A DNA stretch of 64,000 bases from Yuukianura sp. NJ FZ-2021 (taxonomy: Eukaryota): positions 5,456,001 through 5,520,000 of the forward strand of contig CM102290.1 of NCBI GenBank assembly GCA_046563655.1, read 5' to 3'. The notes below the pieces were generated by a model that was not told the origin of the DNA, did no database searches, and was given only the letters and a program-made list of their open reading frames with translations. The translations under genes were made by a program, and so were the position numbers. Positions 1 to 12,322 of this stretch are shown here, piece by piece. How positions within the stretch are numbered: position 1 is the stretch's first letter; each line of letters opens with the position of its first letter.

Positions 1-465
1 ATCCTATTCAGTTGAACTGATTTCAATTGATTCCGAATTCTAAGAGTAAACGTGGGAACCAAAAAATTAGTCCGAGATTTAGTCAACCCCCAGGAAAAAA
101 AAAACTAAAATTCTCCGGGACTTTCTCAGGTCAAAACATTTTCAAAAAAATCTTAAAAACTAAATTTTGAAAAAAAGTCATTTTTTTTTGTTTTTGATGA
201 ACATGTGGGTGAATTTGAAAGTTATGTTTTCGTGCTAGCGTTAACATTGAGTCTAATCTGATGATCTCCTCATCATATCCTGCTCCACTGACTCCATCCC
301 CCTCCCCAAGAAAAGTGAGAGTTGTTCTTTGTTGTGTTTGAGAAAGTGAGAGAATCCGACGATTCGGATGTTTAGTCACTCTCAACTTCCGGTCAACGGC
401 TCAACACACGAGACTTTAGTGGAATGAATGAAGGCGGATGACCCCATTACCTCATGACTCCGTTA

Positions 466-562
466 CCGTAAAACTTCTAAATAAATCCCCGGGCTGTATT
501 CAAAATCTGCACTTTTACTGCCGGCGTTTAACTGAGACAGGCGTGTATTAGAAGTTTTAGGG
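466..562. mobile_element. Tiny Tc1/mariner(pogo)-like MITE
   Basis: Imperfect TIRs CCGTAAAACTTCTAAATA (466-) and TATTAGAAGTTTTAGGG (-562), flanked by TA at 464-465 and 563-564. Confidence 0.55.
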
Positions 563-804
563 TAACTTAACCTGTAGTAATCGTGGCCAGTGGACCGTGG
601 CTATCACCCATCACAGCTCCACTGGAAATAAGTACTTCCAGGCAGCTGCTTCCTTCCAGGAATTGGACTCACACTCCATCTGTGTCTCTGTCCAAGTTCA
701 TTACACTTGAAAACATCAATTACAACTCAGGTTGAGCATTCAGGAGCATGTAAACCTTTGTCTCCAATCAAAAATTACAAAAAAAAAGAGAGTAATTTTT
801 CTTG

Positions 805-1120
805 GATTTGCAGGGAATAACTATTTTTTCTCAGTCTTTGACAGAGTGACTGTCTTTTTCGGTCTTCGGAGGGAGTAACTATGTTTTTCAGCCTTTTGGA
901 AAAAGTAGCTACATTTTTTGGTTTTTGGAGGAAGTAACTATGTTTTTGAGTTTTTGGAGGGAGTAACTATGTTTTTCAGTTTTTGGAGGGAGTAACTATG
1001 TTTTTCAGTTTTTGGAGAGAGTAATTATGTTTTCCAGTTTTTGGAGGGAGAAACTATGTTTTTTGGATTTCGGAGGGAGTAACTGTCATCTTTGGTCTTT
1101 GGAGGGAGTAACTATTTTCC
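805..1120. repeat. ~29-30 bp minisatellite (GGAGGGAGTAACTATGTTTTTCAGTTTTT) in cyclin D intron
   Basis: About 10 degenerate tandem units. The GGAGGGAGTAACT core recurs at ~43610-43790, ~52720 and ~59645. Confidence 0.9.
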
Positions 1121-1335
1121 TTTGGCTAATTTCTTCCTTCCGACTGGGTGGAAATGCAGAAGATGAGGGGAATTGGGTGATGAATATCGCTGACGCATGC
1201 CAAGGAAAGAAGCGGAAAGTGTAATTGGGAAAAGGGTTCCCAGCACCACTTGCACTTTAAGTTACGCTACTTAAGTTAGAAACTAAAGTAGAATATAACT
1301 ACTCAAGAATTAGTAAATTTCAAAAACTGTTTTAC

Positions 1336-1959
1336 CATGAGTGTTTGTAGTGAGACGCTGTTCTCCGTGTACCAAGACAGAAGTTGGAGAGAAAAGTGAC
1401 TTTCTTGTCTAGTTTTAGAAGCGAGCAGAAGACAAACGCAGGCGACGAGCTGCAATTGCTGGGCTTTAATTTTAGAACAGCCAAGAAACTGATCCAAAAT
1501 GGCCACTGACAGAGGAAACACAGTGTCCTCGCAACTCTGCTCCTCGCACACCTTCAAAATTCAAAATTTTAAAAAATTTTGAAAAAAACGTTAGTGTTTT
1601 TGTGCCTGGTTCTAAAAAGTGAAAGTGTGAAGAAGAAGGTGTGAAAGTGACAGTTGCTGTACCTCGAGCATCCACATGGAGACTACTTTCCTCATGTGAG
1701 GCAGAATGTGCTGGTTGGGTGGCTGGAAGTAGTCGTTTGGCTGTCTAGTTTCACGTTCCAGAACCTTGAGTTGCTCCAGCACTTGGGGATGGTGGAGCAC
1801 TGCTGGGTCAAAGTACGACTCAACCGAAGTTCCGCTCGATTCCGAGGATTCGTCAACCTCTTCCGACGATTCGTCAACCTCCTCCATCGGAGACTCCGAG
1901 CACAGCAACTCTGACAACACTCCCATTTCTTCTCTGTGCAAAGCCACTTCCGGTTGCAT
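1336..1959 (-). CDS. CycD: Cyclin D (G1/S-specific), first two coding exons; gene continues toward/beyond the left edge
   Basis: Exon 1: ATG at 1959 (or 1926) to 1663, then GT; LxCxE motif LLCSE and MRKVVSMWMLE. Exon 2: 1551-1336 (ttttgaag|VCEEQSCEDTVFPLSVAILDQFL...QLQLVACVCLLLASK...YTENSVSLQTLM|gtaaa), 72 codons, typical cyclin D box and exon boundaries. Exon 3 not found within 1-1335. Confidence 0.9.
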
Positions 1960-4900
1960 TTTCACTTGGCCTTTGACACTTTTTATACTTGACCTTTGAC
2001 CTTTCGAACTTTGTTCACTTGACCTCTGACCAATTGATTTGAAGAATTACGAGGTTGCTAGGTTACGTAGAAGACGTCCGTCCGTGGTCAGTGTGGGCAC
2101 ACGACTGAAGTCTACCTTTGGATTGACGATGATCCACTGAGGGGTGACTCGGCTGAGGTAAAATCAGCTGCCACTCCAAGGGGCCCTTCGTCTACCTTTG
2201 GGCTTTTGAGTTTCAAAGGGGGGCCCTTTGCATTGTACTACCACAAAAGACCAGGTGGTACGAAGGGCCCCTACACTTACACGTAAAAGTTCTACGCTAA
2301 GGGATTCCCCTGCCTCATGTCTTTTTTACTACCAAAAACATAACCCCTTCGCTCAACATTGTCCACCACTAAACTATTTTGGACAAACCTGATTTTTTCG
2401 ATTTTAAAATTTTGCATTTTCAAAAAAAAAAAAATTTAAAAAAAGAAGAAGTTTTTTTTTCCTTTTTTGTTAAAAATTAAAAAATTAACGGTAGAGTGTT
2501 CCCAATTCAACTTGAATATTCAATGGATTTCATTTTTCAGAATTGTGTAAAAAAAAAATTTTTTTTTTAGTTTTTCTTTATAACGTTACTTTGACTTTCT
2601 AAAATTTGTTAAGCATTTGGAAATTGAGGCTCTTGGTAACATTTGTCATATGAGTGTCCCTGTTTGCAAAGTGTGGAACTGCCTAATGCTGAGAAAGAGC
2701 AGATTGGAAGTGGGGGCCCTTGGACGTGTTTGCAGAAGTGACCGCAGAGGTCAGTGGATGAGACTGCCATGTGGCATGCGCAGGAGCAGGTCTGTCCTAA
2801 GTAAGTCGTAAGAAGGTCAATGTCTTCAGTTGGACTCGTGCCTCTTTTCTTTCCAAGGCCCTTTAAATCCTCACTTCGTCCAAGGGCCCTCATCAAGTGT
2901 GTCGCCCTAGGGATCCTACCAGCTGTCATCCACTCATAACATATACCTTACATAGTAAAATATACACTACTAATGGAACATAAATACTACGGCCCTTAAG
3001 GGCCCCCAGGCTCACTCACTCCTTTTCCGTCTTCGCTCTTGTTTTGGTTCTGCCAGTTGCCTAATTGCCACTTTTGCCCATTCCCATCCTGACACAAATT
3101 CAAAAACCACAGGTTCCTAAGGGGAAGTGACCAGTCGAGAATTAACATATTAAAATGTATTAATTAATTTATATATTTTATTAATTTATATTTTATTAAT
3201 GTATTTATTTCTCCAACGACTATCAAACCCACCTGGTGTAAACTTATTCTTAGCGACAATTGAATAGACCAAAGAATGTCACGCATTTTTTCAGAGGACA
3301 GACGAAGGGCCCACTTTGTGTCTGGAAGATTAAGGGCCACGCGTCCCTTAAGATCCAACTTTTCTCTGATTTTTGAATTGTAAGGGTCCCTTTGATTTCT
3401 TTTCCGGAGAGACCAGTTGCATCTTCCAAGACGTTTTGGCCACAGCTTCCCATTTGAGAAGAATCACAAAAGAGTCGTACGCTTGGATCCAGAGGGTTTT
3501 CAAAGGGCCCCCTCTCAGCTCCAGTTCCAAGGGCCCTTTCATTTCGTCAATTGAAAACTATCCCTTAGTTGGTTGGGACCCTTAAACTAACCTTATCCAT
3601 GGAAAGTGGACTTCGGCAAAAGTCAAGGCACGTAGCAAATCCCTTTGTGCTCAATCAACGTTTTGTTGACTGCAATTCCATTGGCCACAGCCACCTCCAG
3701 AATAATAATGGAGCCAAAGCCACCCCAAATTTCCAAAAAATTTCAAAAAAACAAAAATTCAATTTCAATTTTTGAAATTCAAAAAGTATTTAAAAAAGGT
3801 CAGAATTTCAGAAAAGTTAAAAATTGACTCCAATTGTGTGCTTCCAATTTCTTTACTTTTTCTTGGAATTTTTGTTTCGTGGCTAAAAATAGTTTTGTTG
3901 TTTGGGTGACTTGAAGTCCCCTCCTAAGGCTGAAGTGCTGCCATCTAGGAACAGAGAATTGAATGTTTATGAAAAGGGGCCCTTAAGTCCCCTCAATAAC
4001 AACATAATAAACAGTTTCCCGTCCAGGTGGACCCCTTAAAGGCAGAAGGTGGGGGAGATGTTGATTTTGGGTGAAAGTGAGTGAAAGTTTGGTTGTATGC
4101 CAAGAACTGCTGAAGGGGTTTTTGGCTAGAAAAAGAGGGGGCCCTTGGCTGGTGAATGTCACCGTGGCCGGGGGCCCTTCCAGTCGACTGGTTTAAGCAC
4201 AGGAGTGTAAGTTGATTTGGTCCAATTCGTTAGTTGTCCAAACAGAGGAGAAAGGAGAACTTTCTCCGCTTTCTCTCCCTCCCTCTCTCCAAACACTTCT
4301 ATAATTGACTCCCTCTGAAAAAAAAACGAGTGGAGGGGGACTCGAACACACTGCCTCTCTCGCACCACCACACAAACACACCCGCTCAATTCAAATCCGT
4401 TGTCTCCTCCATCCCACACACAAAACACTCCTAAAAAAGAATGTTATGTTGTCTAAATTGAGCAGAAACACAAAAGTCACCCCAGGGGGAAACCCACTAA
4501 TCCCCGGATTCAGCGGATTTGTACCTCACTAAAACGTGGAATTGGTGAAAACACAGAAACAATCAAACAGTTGACAGTTTATGGAAAAATGAAAAAATGA
4601 GGTGAAAGTAACACACACACACACACACAAAAACAAGTTTATAAAAGAAAGTAATAAAAACTTGAATCGATTATTGGAAATTTTTTCTTAAAAGTTAAGA
4701 AAACAGGAAAAAGTTTATTAAAAAACTAAACACAAGAATTGGTTGTTGTTTTTCTAAAAGTTAAATTTGTTCGAAAAAATGTAAAAACTGAAGTTGTAAA
4801 GTGTATTTTTGGTTTGACTTTTGTTTTTGGAGAAAGTAGAAGTGAGATTTGGTGGAGAGAAAGAAGGTTGCCTTGTGTTCCTTGTTTGGGGGAGGGTGAG

Positions 4901-5388
4901 TGAGTGATGTCGTAAATTTTGAATGAGCTGCTCTCTCTCTCCGTTGGATCTTAATTACAAAATGGTCGTGAAGCGGGGTTTTTTGAATCTTCCCGCCAAA
5001 ACCCCCTCTGACTTTAATAACAGTTATGGCGGAATCCCTCAATAAGAAATGGTCCACTCCCAGAAATTAATTTATCAAAGTCCCCCTGCCTCAGTCCTCA
5101 CTTTCTCCGCTCCAGCCACCACACATTCCCCTTCAACAGTCACAAAATAATCAAAAAACAATCAAAAGAGGACGTTTATGCATTTTCCCGAAGTTTCAAA
5201 ATTTCCATTTCCCCTTATTTTGAAAAGCATGGAAAGTTTTTTGGTGATAGTTTTAAGCTTTTTTCAATTTCCAAATTTTTTTTAGCATTTTCTAGAGAAA
5301 GTGTTTTTTTTTAAACTTTTTTTTTTGTAGACTTCGTGAAACCTTTTAGGTAGCCGCAATTCATGTGGAAATTTTCTTTAGTGTAAAC

Positions 5389-5535
5389 TGCGTAGTGTAA
5401 ATTGTTTAGTAAAATTTAGAATGTAAACTGTAAAATGTAGAATATAAAATGTAGAATGTGAAATTTAAAATGAAAAATATAGAATGTAAAATGTAAAATG
5501 TAGAATGTAGAATGTAAAATGTAGAATGCATGTAG
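5389..5535. repeat. 7-bp unit tandem repeat (AATGTAG/AATGTAA)
   Basis: Directly visible tandem array; explains the spurious ILHSTFY-repeat ORF. Confidence 0.9.
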
Positions 5536-6732
5536 AAAAGAAAGTTAGTGTTAATGTAGTGAGGGCAGAAGATGGAAGTGCCTAGTAGGCTTGTGTTCTT
5601 TTTCTGGAGGCTGGTTGCACAGATCAATGAGATTGGAATCTCTTGGGACTGGAGCAGACGTCTCCAAGAAACGAAGAGTCCGGGCGATCGAATCCAGCCA
5701 GCCTCATCCTCCCCAATCTCTGCTCATTTTGTTCAAATCTCATCCTGCTACACGTGACCTCCAACATTCACTTCTACTCTCAATTCCCACTTGACCTGAC
5801 CTCTCTTCCAGAGGTCATGGGAATTCAAAGTCAACTTTCACTAGTCATTACGCCAAATCAACCCTTATGCTCAACTTTCCCAGAGAAAACAGGGGGGCCC
5901 TTCAAGTCCTCCTGTGGCCCTTGGGACCATGTTCATTATTCTGGTACAAAATATTGTCAAAGTGGCCCTTCCAAGGGCTCATGTCCACCAAGGGCCTTTG
6001 TCATCTTCTTAATCAATTACAAATAAAACAACTTCTCATCACAACACTTTCGAAAATGAAAGTTTTTTAAATTAGTTTTTTTTAAAGTTGAGCAGAAAGT
6101 AAAAGCAAGTCTGAGTTTTAGTGAGTCTAAACTTAGTTTTTGTTCGGGTTAGATTATGTTTTTGTTGATTTTGGGTTAAGTTGAAGTTATTTTTGTTGGA
6201 GTAGGTGAAAGTGGAGTTGATAAAGTGAGAGTGACTTGTAGTGTGTTTGGGAGTCGTAATAATAATGAGTACGGTGAGTGAAATGGGCGATTTGGGCTGA
6301 AACCTGTTGAAAATATGAAAAATCTTGGAAAAAATAAAAAGTGGATGGAGGTGAGTATGGATTTTTCAAAGTTTTTTTTCTTCCAAAGAGAAAAGAGAGG
6401 AGAAAGTAAAGCTTTTTCTCTGTGATTGGGTGGGGGAAAGAGTGAGGGGCGGAGCTCCAGCAATGCCAAATGGTGGCTAAGCCCCTCCCCCTGCCTGGCC
6501 CCGCCCCCGGGTGGGTGGAGCCTGTGTGAATCTGTTCTGGTGGGTCGGAAGTTGATGTTGTAGGGGAAATGGTTGGAAATTGAATTAGAGACCAAGGTTT
6601 TATGCTTTTATTCAGTTAGTTGCTCTCGTTGTGGATCGTGCAGAGGAACCAGAAACTGGATCCAGGGCCTCCAAATATAATTATCAGTGCAATAATCCAC
6701 TTACTCTCCAGTTATCCAGGCCAAGGCTAAGC

Positions 6733-9700
6733 ATGGACTACAGCTCCTACATCAACCACCACCATCAGACCGGTGGATTCGATCACCAGACCTTCCCCGC
6801 CAGTCTGGGGGTGGGGGTCACGGGGTCAATGGACTCTGCACTCTCCAACTACGCTGACCTCTCTGCATGTGCTCAGGTAACAAACTTCCAACAGCACCAA
6901 CTTTCTCAAAATTTCAAAAAAAAAAAGTTTCAAAATTGTTCAAAACGACGCTGTGCTCTTGGGTTTTTGGAAAGTTCGAAAGTGAAAGTGCTTAAATTGA
7001 TCAAATGGTCAGAAACTAATGAAATTATAACTGATCAAGTCATCAGAAACTGAACTGATCAAATGATCAGAAACTAATTGACTGATCATAGGACCAGAAA
7101 CTGATGAACTGGTCAAATGATCAGAAACTGATAAACTTATCAGAAGCTGATTACCGGATCAAATAATCAGATGCTGATTAACTGATCGGAGGATCAGAAA
7201 CTGATGAACTGATCAAATTATCAGAAGTTGATAAACTGGTCAAATGATCAGAAAATGAGGAGATAATCAAAAACAGATGAGCTAATCAGCAACTGATTGA
7301 CTGATTGATTGCAGGATCAGAAACTGATGAACTGGTGAAATTATCAGAAGTTGAGATCTGATCAAGTGATCGGAAGCTGATCAAGTGATCAGAAACTGAT
7401 GGACTGATCGGAAGGTGTGTTCTATATTGCGGTTGTGTGTTTTAGGTCGGAGGTTACCGTTATGGGGGTGGTAATGTGCGGAGTTGTTACTCTAATTCTG
7501 CGATGGGTCCAGCCTCTCAGTGTGGTGGAATGCGACATGACCAAAGACACCAAACTTTCCCCACCATGAACCTCCAAGGTAAATTTTGTTAAGCAATTTT
7601 TTTTTTTGGAAAAAAAAAACTTGAAATTTTGTTCAATTTTTTTTTGAAACGAGGGAGATAGATATATCGGAGTTATGGGTCTAAACCAAATCTACGAGTC
7701 CGCTAAACTAAATTTAATATAAAAAAACTTTTGATTTTGTGTACGGGTTTTAAAGTTATAAAATTTGAATGTGCTTCTGGAAAATGAAAATCTGGGATGT
7801 TTATGAAAGTTTAACAGTTCCACAAAACCACAAAACCTTTTAAGCTCTGTAGTGGTTGTATCAAAATTTCAGAAATTTAAGATTCTAAGACTTTCTCCTA
7901 ACTTCAACTTTGGATTTTGAAATCAACGTGAATAGAATTTCCAAAATGAAAATCGAAATTTTAAATGAACGTTTCGGCAGAATTTCCAAAGTCAACTAAA
8001 ACTTTAAAAAATGGAACTTTAATAAGAATTCTCTCCATCACAATTTCCAAAGAGAGAGTTAAATTTTGAAAACATGATAAGTGCAAAAAGAATTTTCAAA
8101 TTGAAAATAAAATTTCAAAAATAACCAAATTTCAAAACGCCACTGTTTTGGTAAGAATTGATTGTTTTTGGAGAAAGTGGAGTTGTGTTGAGAAGAAAGT
8201 GTTGTCTGGGGTAAGTTGATAAATGGAACTTCGACTTGTCCATGATCAGAACCAGACGGTCGGAAGACAATTCCGACGTCAACGGAGTCATGGAAACCCA
8301 TTTGTCACGACCCACGAGAGAAATGGCCCCACCGAAACACGAGCCCCACCCAACAGGACCCACCCAACAACATTCCAAACATGGAAGCCTTCTCCACTGT
8401 CAAACTCCTCAATTCAAAATTCCAACTAAAATTTACTACTTCAAAGTCAATGATTGGACAGTTGGAGTTTGTTTGAACTTAAAAATTTCAAATTTGTTTA
8501 GTATCCACTTCCCCGCTTATTTTTTTAATTTTTTTGAAATTCAAAATTTCAGATTCTCCTCACCACCTTTTTGCTGCAGCGAGTTTAAGTTACAAAATGT
8601 ACGGAGGGGATGCAAGTTCTGTGTTGACGGAGAAGCGAAAACAACGACGCATCAGAACCACTTTCACTTCTGCTCAACTCAAAGAACTAGAACGAGCTTT
8701 CCAGGTTAATTAACATACTAATTACATGAATTAACGAAGTAATTAAGTAATTACTTAAGACAATTACATGAACTACTCAATAATTCGTTGTTAAAGGAGA
8801 CGCACTACCCAGACATTTATACTCGAGAGGAAATCGCACTCAAAATTGATCTCACCGAAGCACGAGTTCAGGTGAAAACAAAAACAAAAATTTCATTTTT
8901 ACTTTCACTTTTTCTTAAGTTTTTTTTTTTGTGGTGAAAAATCATTTTGACGCGTTTGATTTTTTGTTCAAAATCGGTGATTTGTGTACAAAATCGCTGA
9001 AAATCGGGACGAATTGGATTAGAACATGCGTGAAACTGAGTGTTAGCGTCGCTCTTGACTTGAAAGTTGCAGCAAAAGTTGTTTCTTGTCCCAGCGGAAC
9101 AATTTAAGACCGTCGCTTGGTCGAGTGTTGGTCCAAACTGAAGTACATGTCCAAGGGCCTCCTTCCAGAAAGTGTCCAGGCACCCTTAAGGGTCCCATGA
9201 CAGAACAAAGGGCCCCCCTTGCCTCTGACTGTCCTAATTTCCCAGTTGATTAACAGTTGATCGCTTCCGCCTCTGTTGGGCTCTCGAGGCCACGTGACTG
9301 TCCGTCCGCTCACGCGCTCGCTCCTTGTGCATATCCAATTCCACTTGGCACTTTCACTTTCCAGTGCTAATCAACACATCATCTGACCTGAAACTTCTCA
9401 AAAAAGAGAGATTAGAGTGAAATAAGCGGGAAAACGTATTTTGGTAAGATTCAAATGCTAAAGGAGATGGTTTGGGAGGGAGTGTGGCTGGAAGTGGATG
9501 CGGCTGTGAAGCACTTAGGAAAATTAAAAGTGTCTGTGCGGTCGTCTATCTCTGTCTCCCCACAAACTTCTCAGAACCACACAAACTTCCACTTCTACTT
9601 CTCTAATTGGTCCTTCTTCTTCCGAAGAACAGCCCCACCCCCGCCCCCTCCTCCCCCCTCCACAAACTCTCATTATCCACATACAAAAGTTACACAACGC

Positions 9701-11479
9701 CTAAACTTTTTCATTTTCAAAACTCAGAATGACTCCTACGGATGAGAAATGGTAGTAATTTGGAAAAGAATATCCGAAAAAGTCTAGGTTTAGACAATCC
9801 CCCATTTTAGAAAAGTATATCCGACAGTATTCTAGGTTTAGACAACCTCCTGATTTAGAATATTCCAGGTTTAGGCCCCCCCCCCATTTTAGAAAACATT
9901 TGGACCGAGAATATCCGAAAGTATTCTAGGTTTAGACAACCCCCCCCCCCTTGCGATGTTAGAAAAAAAAGTCGTCTATGAGAATTGTCTCAATCGTTGG
10001 AAGATTTGTGGGGGGGGGGGGTGATTGTTCTGAAGGGGGTGGGGGGATTCATGATTTTCTAATTTGCGAGAGTTGTTGTGCATTGTGTCCCTTAGAAGAG
10101 GGGGTACCTTAACGAGACTTGACTTTTGAACATGTGGTCATAGAAGGGGGCCCTTGAAAAAGAAGACATCAATATATCGTCGACCTGTCAATCGGCTCAT
10201 GACGTGCTCCTGGAACCGTTACGATACGGTAGTGGACTTGTAGTTGCAGAACGACCAAGGGACCACTCAAGGGTCCTTCAAGGGTCCTTCGTCATGTGGA
10301 CTTTTGTGTTGCCAAAGGGGTGATGCTCATTTGGGAGACGTGATTAGACAGGGGGAAGCCATGTGGCAGGACTTTCTCTGCTTTCTCCAGTCCTTCTCTC
10401 TGCGTCTCTTTTGATGAAGTGTCAATGTTTGGAGAGGGGGTGAATTAGCACTGTGGTCTTCCTGGAGACTGGAAACTGAATCGCTGGAAGCGCTGGAATC
10501 GCTGGAAGCGCGGGAGGGTGTAAATTTGGCAAGTCAACAGTGACAGGTGGCAATAAAAGTTGGTTGTAGTGGAGGGAAATGCGCTGGAACGGAGTAATCC
10601 CATGTATAAATATCACTTCCATTAAATATTCAAACCAACGACCAAACAACTTTCTCCAAACAAGAACTTCCAAGTCCCCCCTTCGGAAGGGGGGCCTTGA
10701 AGGGAGCAGAAGACAAAGAGCAGGGCCACCTCATGTCACATTTGACACAAACAACCATAAATCCTCCCTCCATTGACTCAAAGGCTACAATGCATGGCTA
10801 CTCAACATTTAACATCATTTACAACTACACTTACAAGGGCTCCCTTTGTCCACACTACTTTCACTTTTTTACACGCTCCGTAATTTTTACACGCTTACAC
10901 GTAAATACGTGTAAAACACGTGTACGGTACATGCAAAACACGGACCCTCCATACCTCGTTCCGCAACGTTTCCTCAAAACCCTACCCGCCCGTGCCCGCC
11001 CTGAATTAAATGTTAATAAAATTTGTGTTGTATTTAATTAAATTCGGCATTAAATTTATTTATTTTATATATATTATTTATTATTTATTATTATATATTA
11101 AAATTTAATAGAAATGTCAACTTACAAGTGTTTTGGAATGTTCTAGGTGTGGTTCCAGAACCGGCGTGCCAAATTCCGGAAGCAAGAGCGTCTGTCTCAG
11201 CAGAAGCAGAGTTCGAGCAGCAGCAGTTCAAGTGGCTCCACCGGCTCACAAGCTACAAATGGCAACAACCCCGGTGGGTCCGGCCCCACCGGATCCGAAA
11301 ATGTGACGAACGGGAAGCCACCGGAAGTGAATGGAAAGGCAGTAACTAAAGAAAGCTCTAAGCGATCTGACATGGCCAAGTCTCCAGCGATTCCCTCCAG
11401 CCACTTCCCGCTCCTCCTCACACCCTCCCCCTCCCCCATCTCATCCAACTACTCGCTCGCAGCAAAGGCTCTCTTCTGA
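6733..11479 (+). CDS. Phox2: Paired-class homeobox protein Phox2 (PHDP orthologue)
   Basis: Exons 6733-6876, 7446-7578, 8553 (or 8580)-8704, 8797-8871, 11147-11479; all GT-AG and frame-consistent. N-terminus MDYSSYIN...[16 protein letters not shown] resembles Phox2. Homeodomain [65 protein letters not shown]. Confidence 0.96.
6995..7410. repeat. Degenerate ACTGATCAAATGATCAGAA tandem array in Phox2 intron 1
   Basis: Many TGATCA-centred units visible. Confidence 0.85.
9760..9950. repeat. Degenerate repeat TATTCTAGGTTTAGACAAC in Phox2 intron 4
   Basis: Four related units with C-runs. Confidence 0.7.
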
Positions 11480-11663
11480 AACCAACTTCCATCCACCATC
11501 TTTATTTTTTAATTTACTAACTACTAAGTCAATTAACCACTCCTAGTCACTCTACCATTTAAATTTAATCTTAAACCCGTGTTCTAAACTAACAAAAACA
11601 ATTTTCAAAAAATTTAAACGACAATTTCCAAGAAAAAAAAACAAAAATTATTTTTTGTGTAGT

Positions 11664-12322
11664 TTAAGTTCTCTGATGTTCCAGAAACTGAAAATTCAAA
11701 AACCGAACCCCGTCGCGTTCTTCCTCCAGCATTTCAATTTCTTCGTCGTCAATGGCCATCGGAGCACCAAAACACTGTCGCTTAGCAACACTTGTCGTCT
11801 GGTCTTCCTCTTCCATGTCACAAATTTTCCGTTTTCGATAGGAAATCCTGGTGGAGCCTTCTGCCGGCGGGTAGAAGAGACACAAACCAGCTTTTGGAGA
11901 ATTTGTTTTTGGTGGGTCCACTGGTGGTTCACAAGGTTCCTTGACAACGAAAAGTTAATTTTCCTTAGCAGGTTGGGTACTACCTCGCTTGTTTACAAAA
12001 AAAATAGTACCAATCCAAAAAATTGGTACCAATTTGTATGCAAAATTTAAAAAAATTAGCTGTATTAGACTACGATTCCCCGAAATCAAAAGATACGTTT
12101 TTCCTCTCTTTTTTTTCGAGACAATCGAGAAAAATTGAGATAACATGAGGTATTACCCAACCTGTTAAAGAAAATTAAAAGTAAACAAACCTTGGGTGGC
12201 TCAGGTGTTGGTGGAGCAATTTCCGATCCGGAAGGTGGCACAGTCGATGCTGGTGGGACGGTGGATGGTGGCACGGTAACCTCGTGACCTCTTTCCTTAG
12301 CAGCCATGGCACGCGTCCTCAT
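11664..12322 (-). CDS. Orphan ~135-aa Pro-rich/acidic protein with NLS-like motifs; two exons separated by a MITE-derived intron
   Basis: Exon 1 12322-12191 (accATG MRTRAMAAK...PTPEPPK|gtttgt); exon 2 11939-11664 (ttttcgttgtcaag|EPCEPPVDPPK...YRKRKICDMEEED...AKRQCF...TAA). In frame whether the MITE is spliced or removed with one TSD copy. Minus-strand AATAAA at 11506-11501. No recognisable homology. Confidence 0.55.
11932..12194. mobile_element. CAAGG...CCTTG MITE (P/hAT-like non-autonomous) inserted in the orphan ORF
   Basis: Termini CAAGGTT/AACCTTG, subterminal CAGGTTGGGTA...TACCCAACCTG; 9-bp flanking duplication GGTGGTTCA/GGTGGCTCA. Closely similar to copies at 41652, 47159 and 49846. Confidence 0.93.

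Noticed and set aside
560..1260. Candidate cyclin D exon 3
   Set aside because: No acceptor gives the expected WE..VL..LKW.L motif in frame; VVLGTL near 1240 is out of phase with available AG sites.
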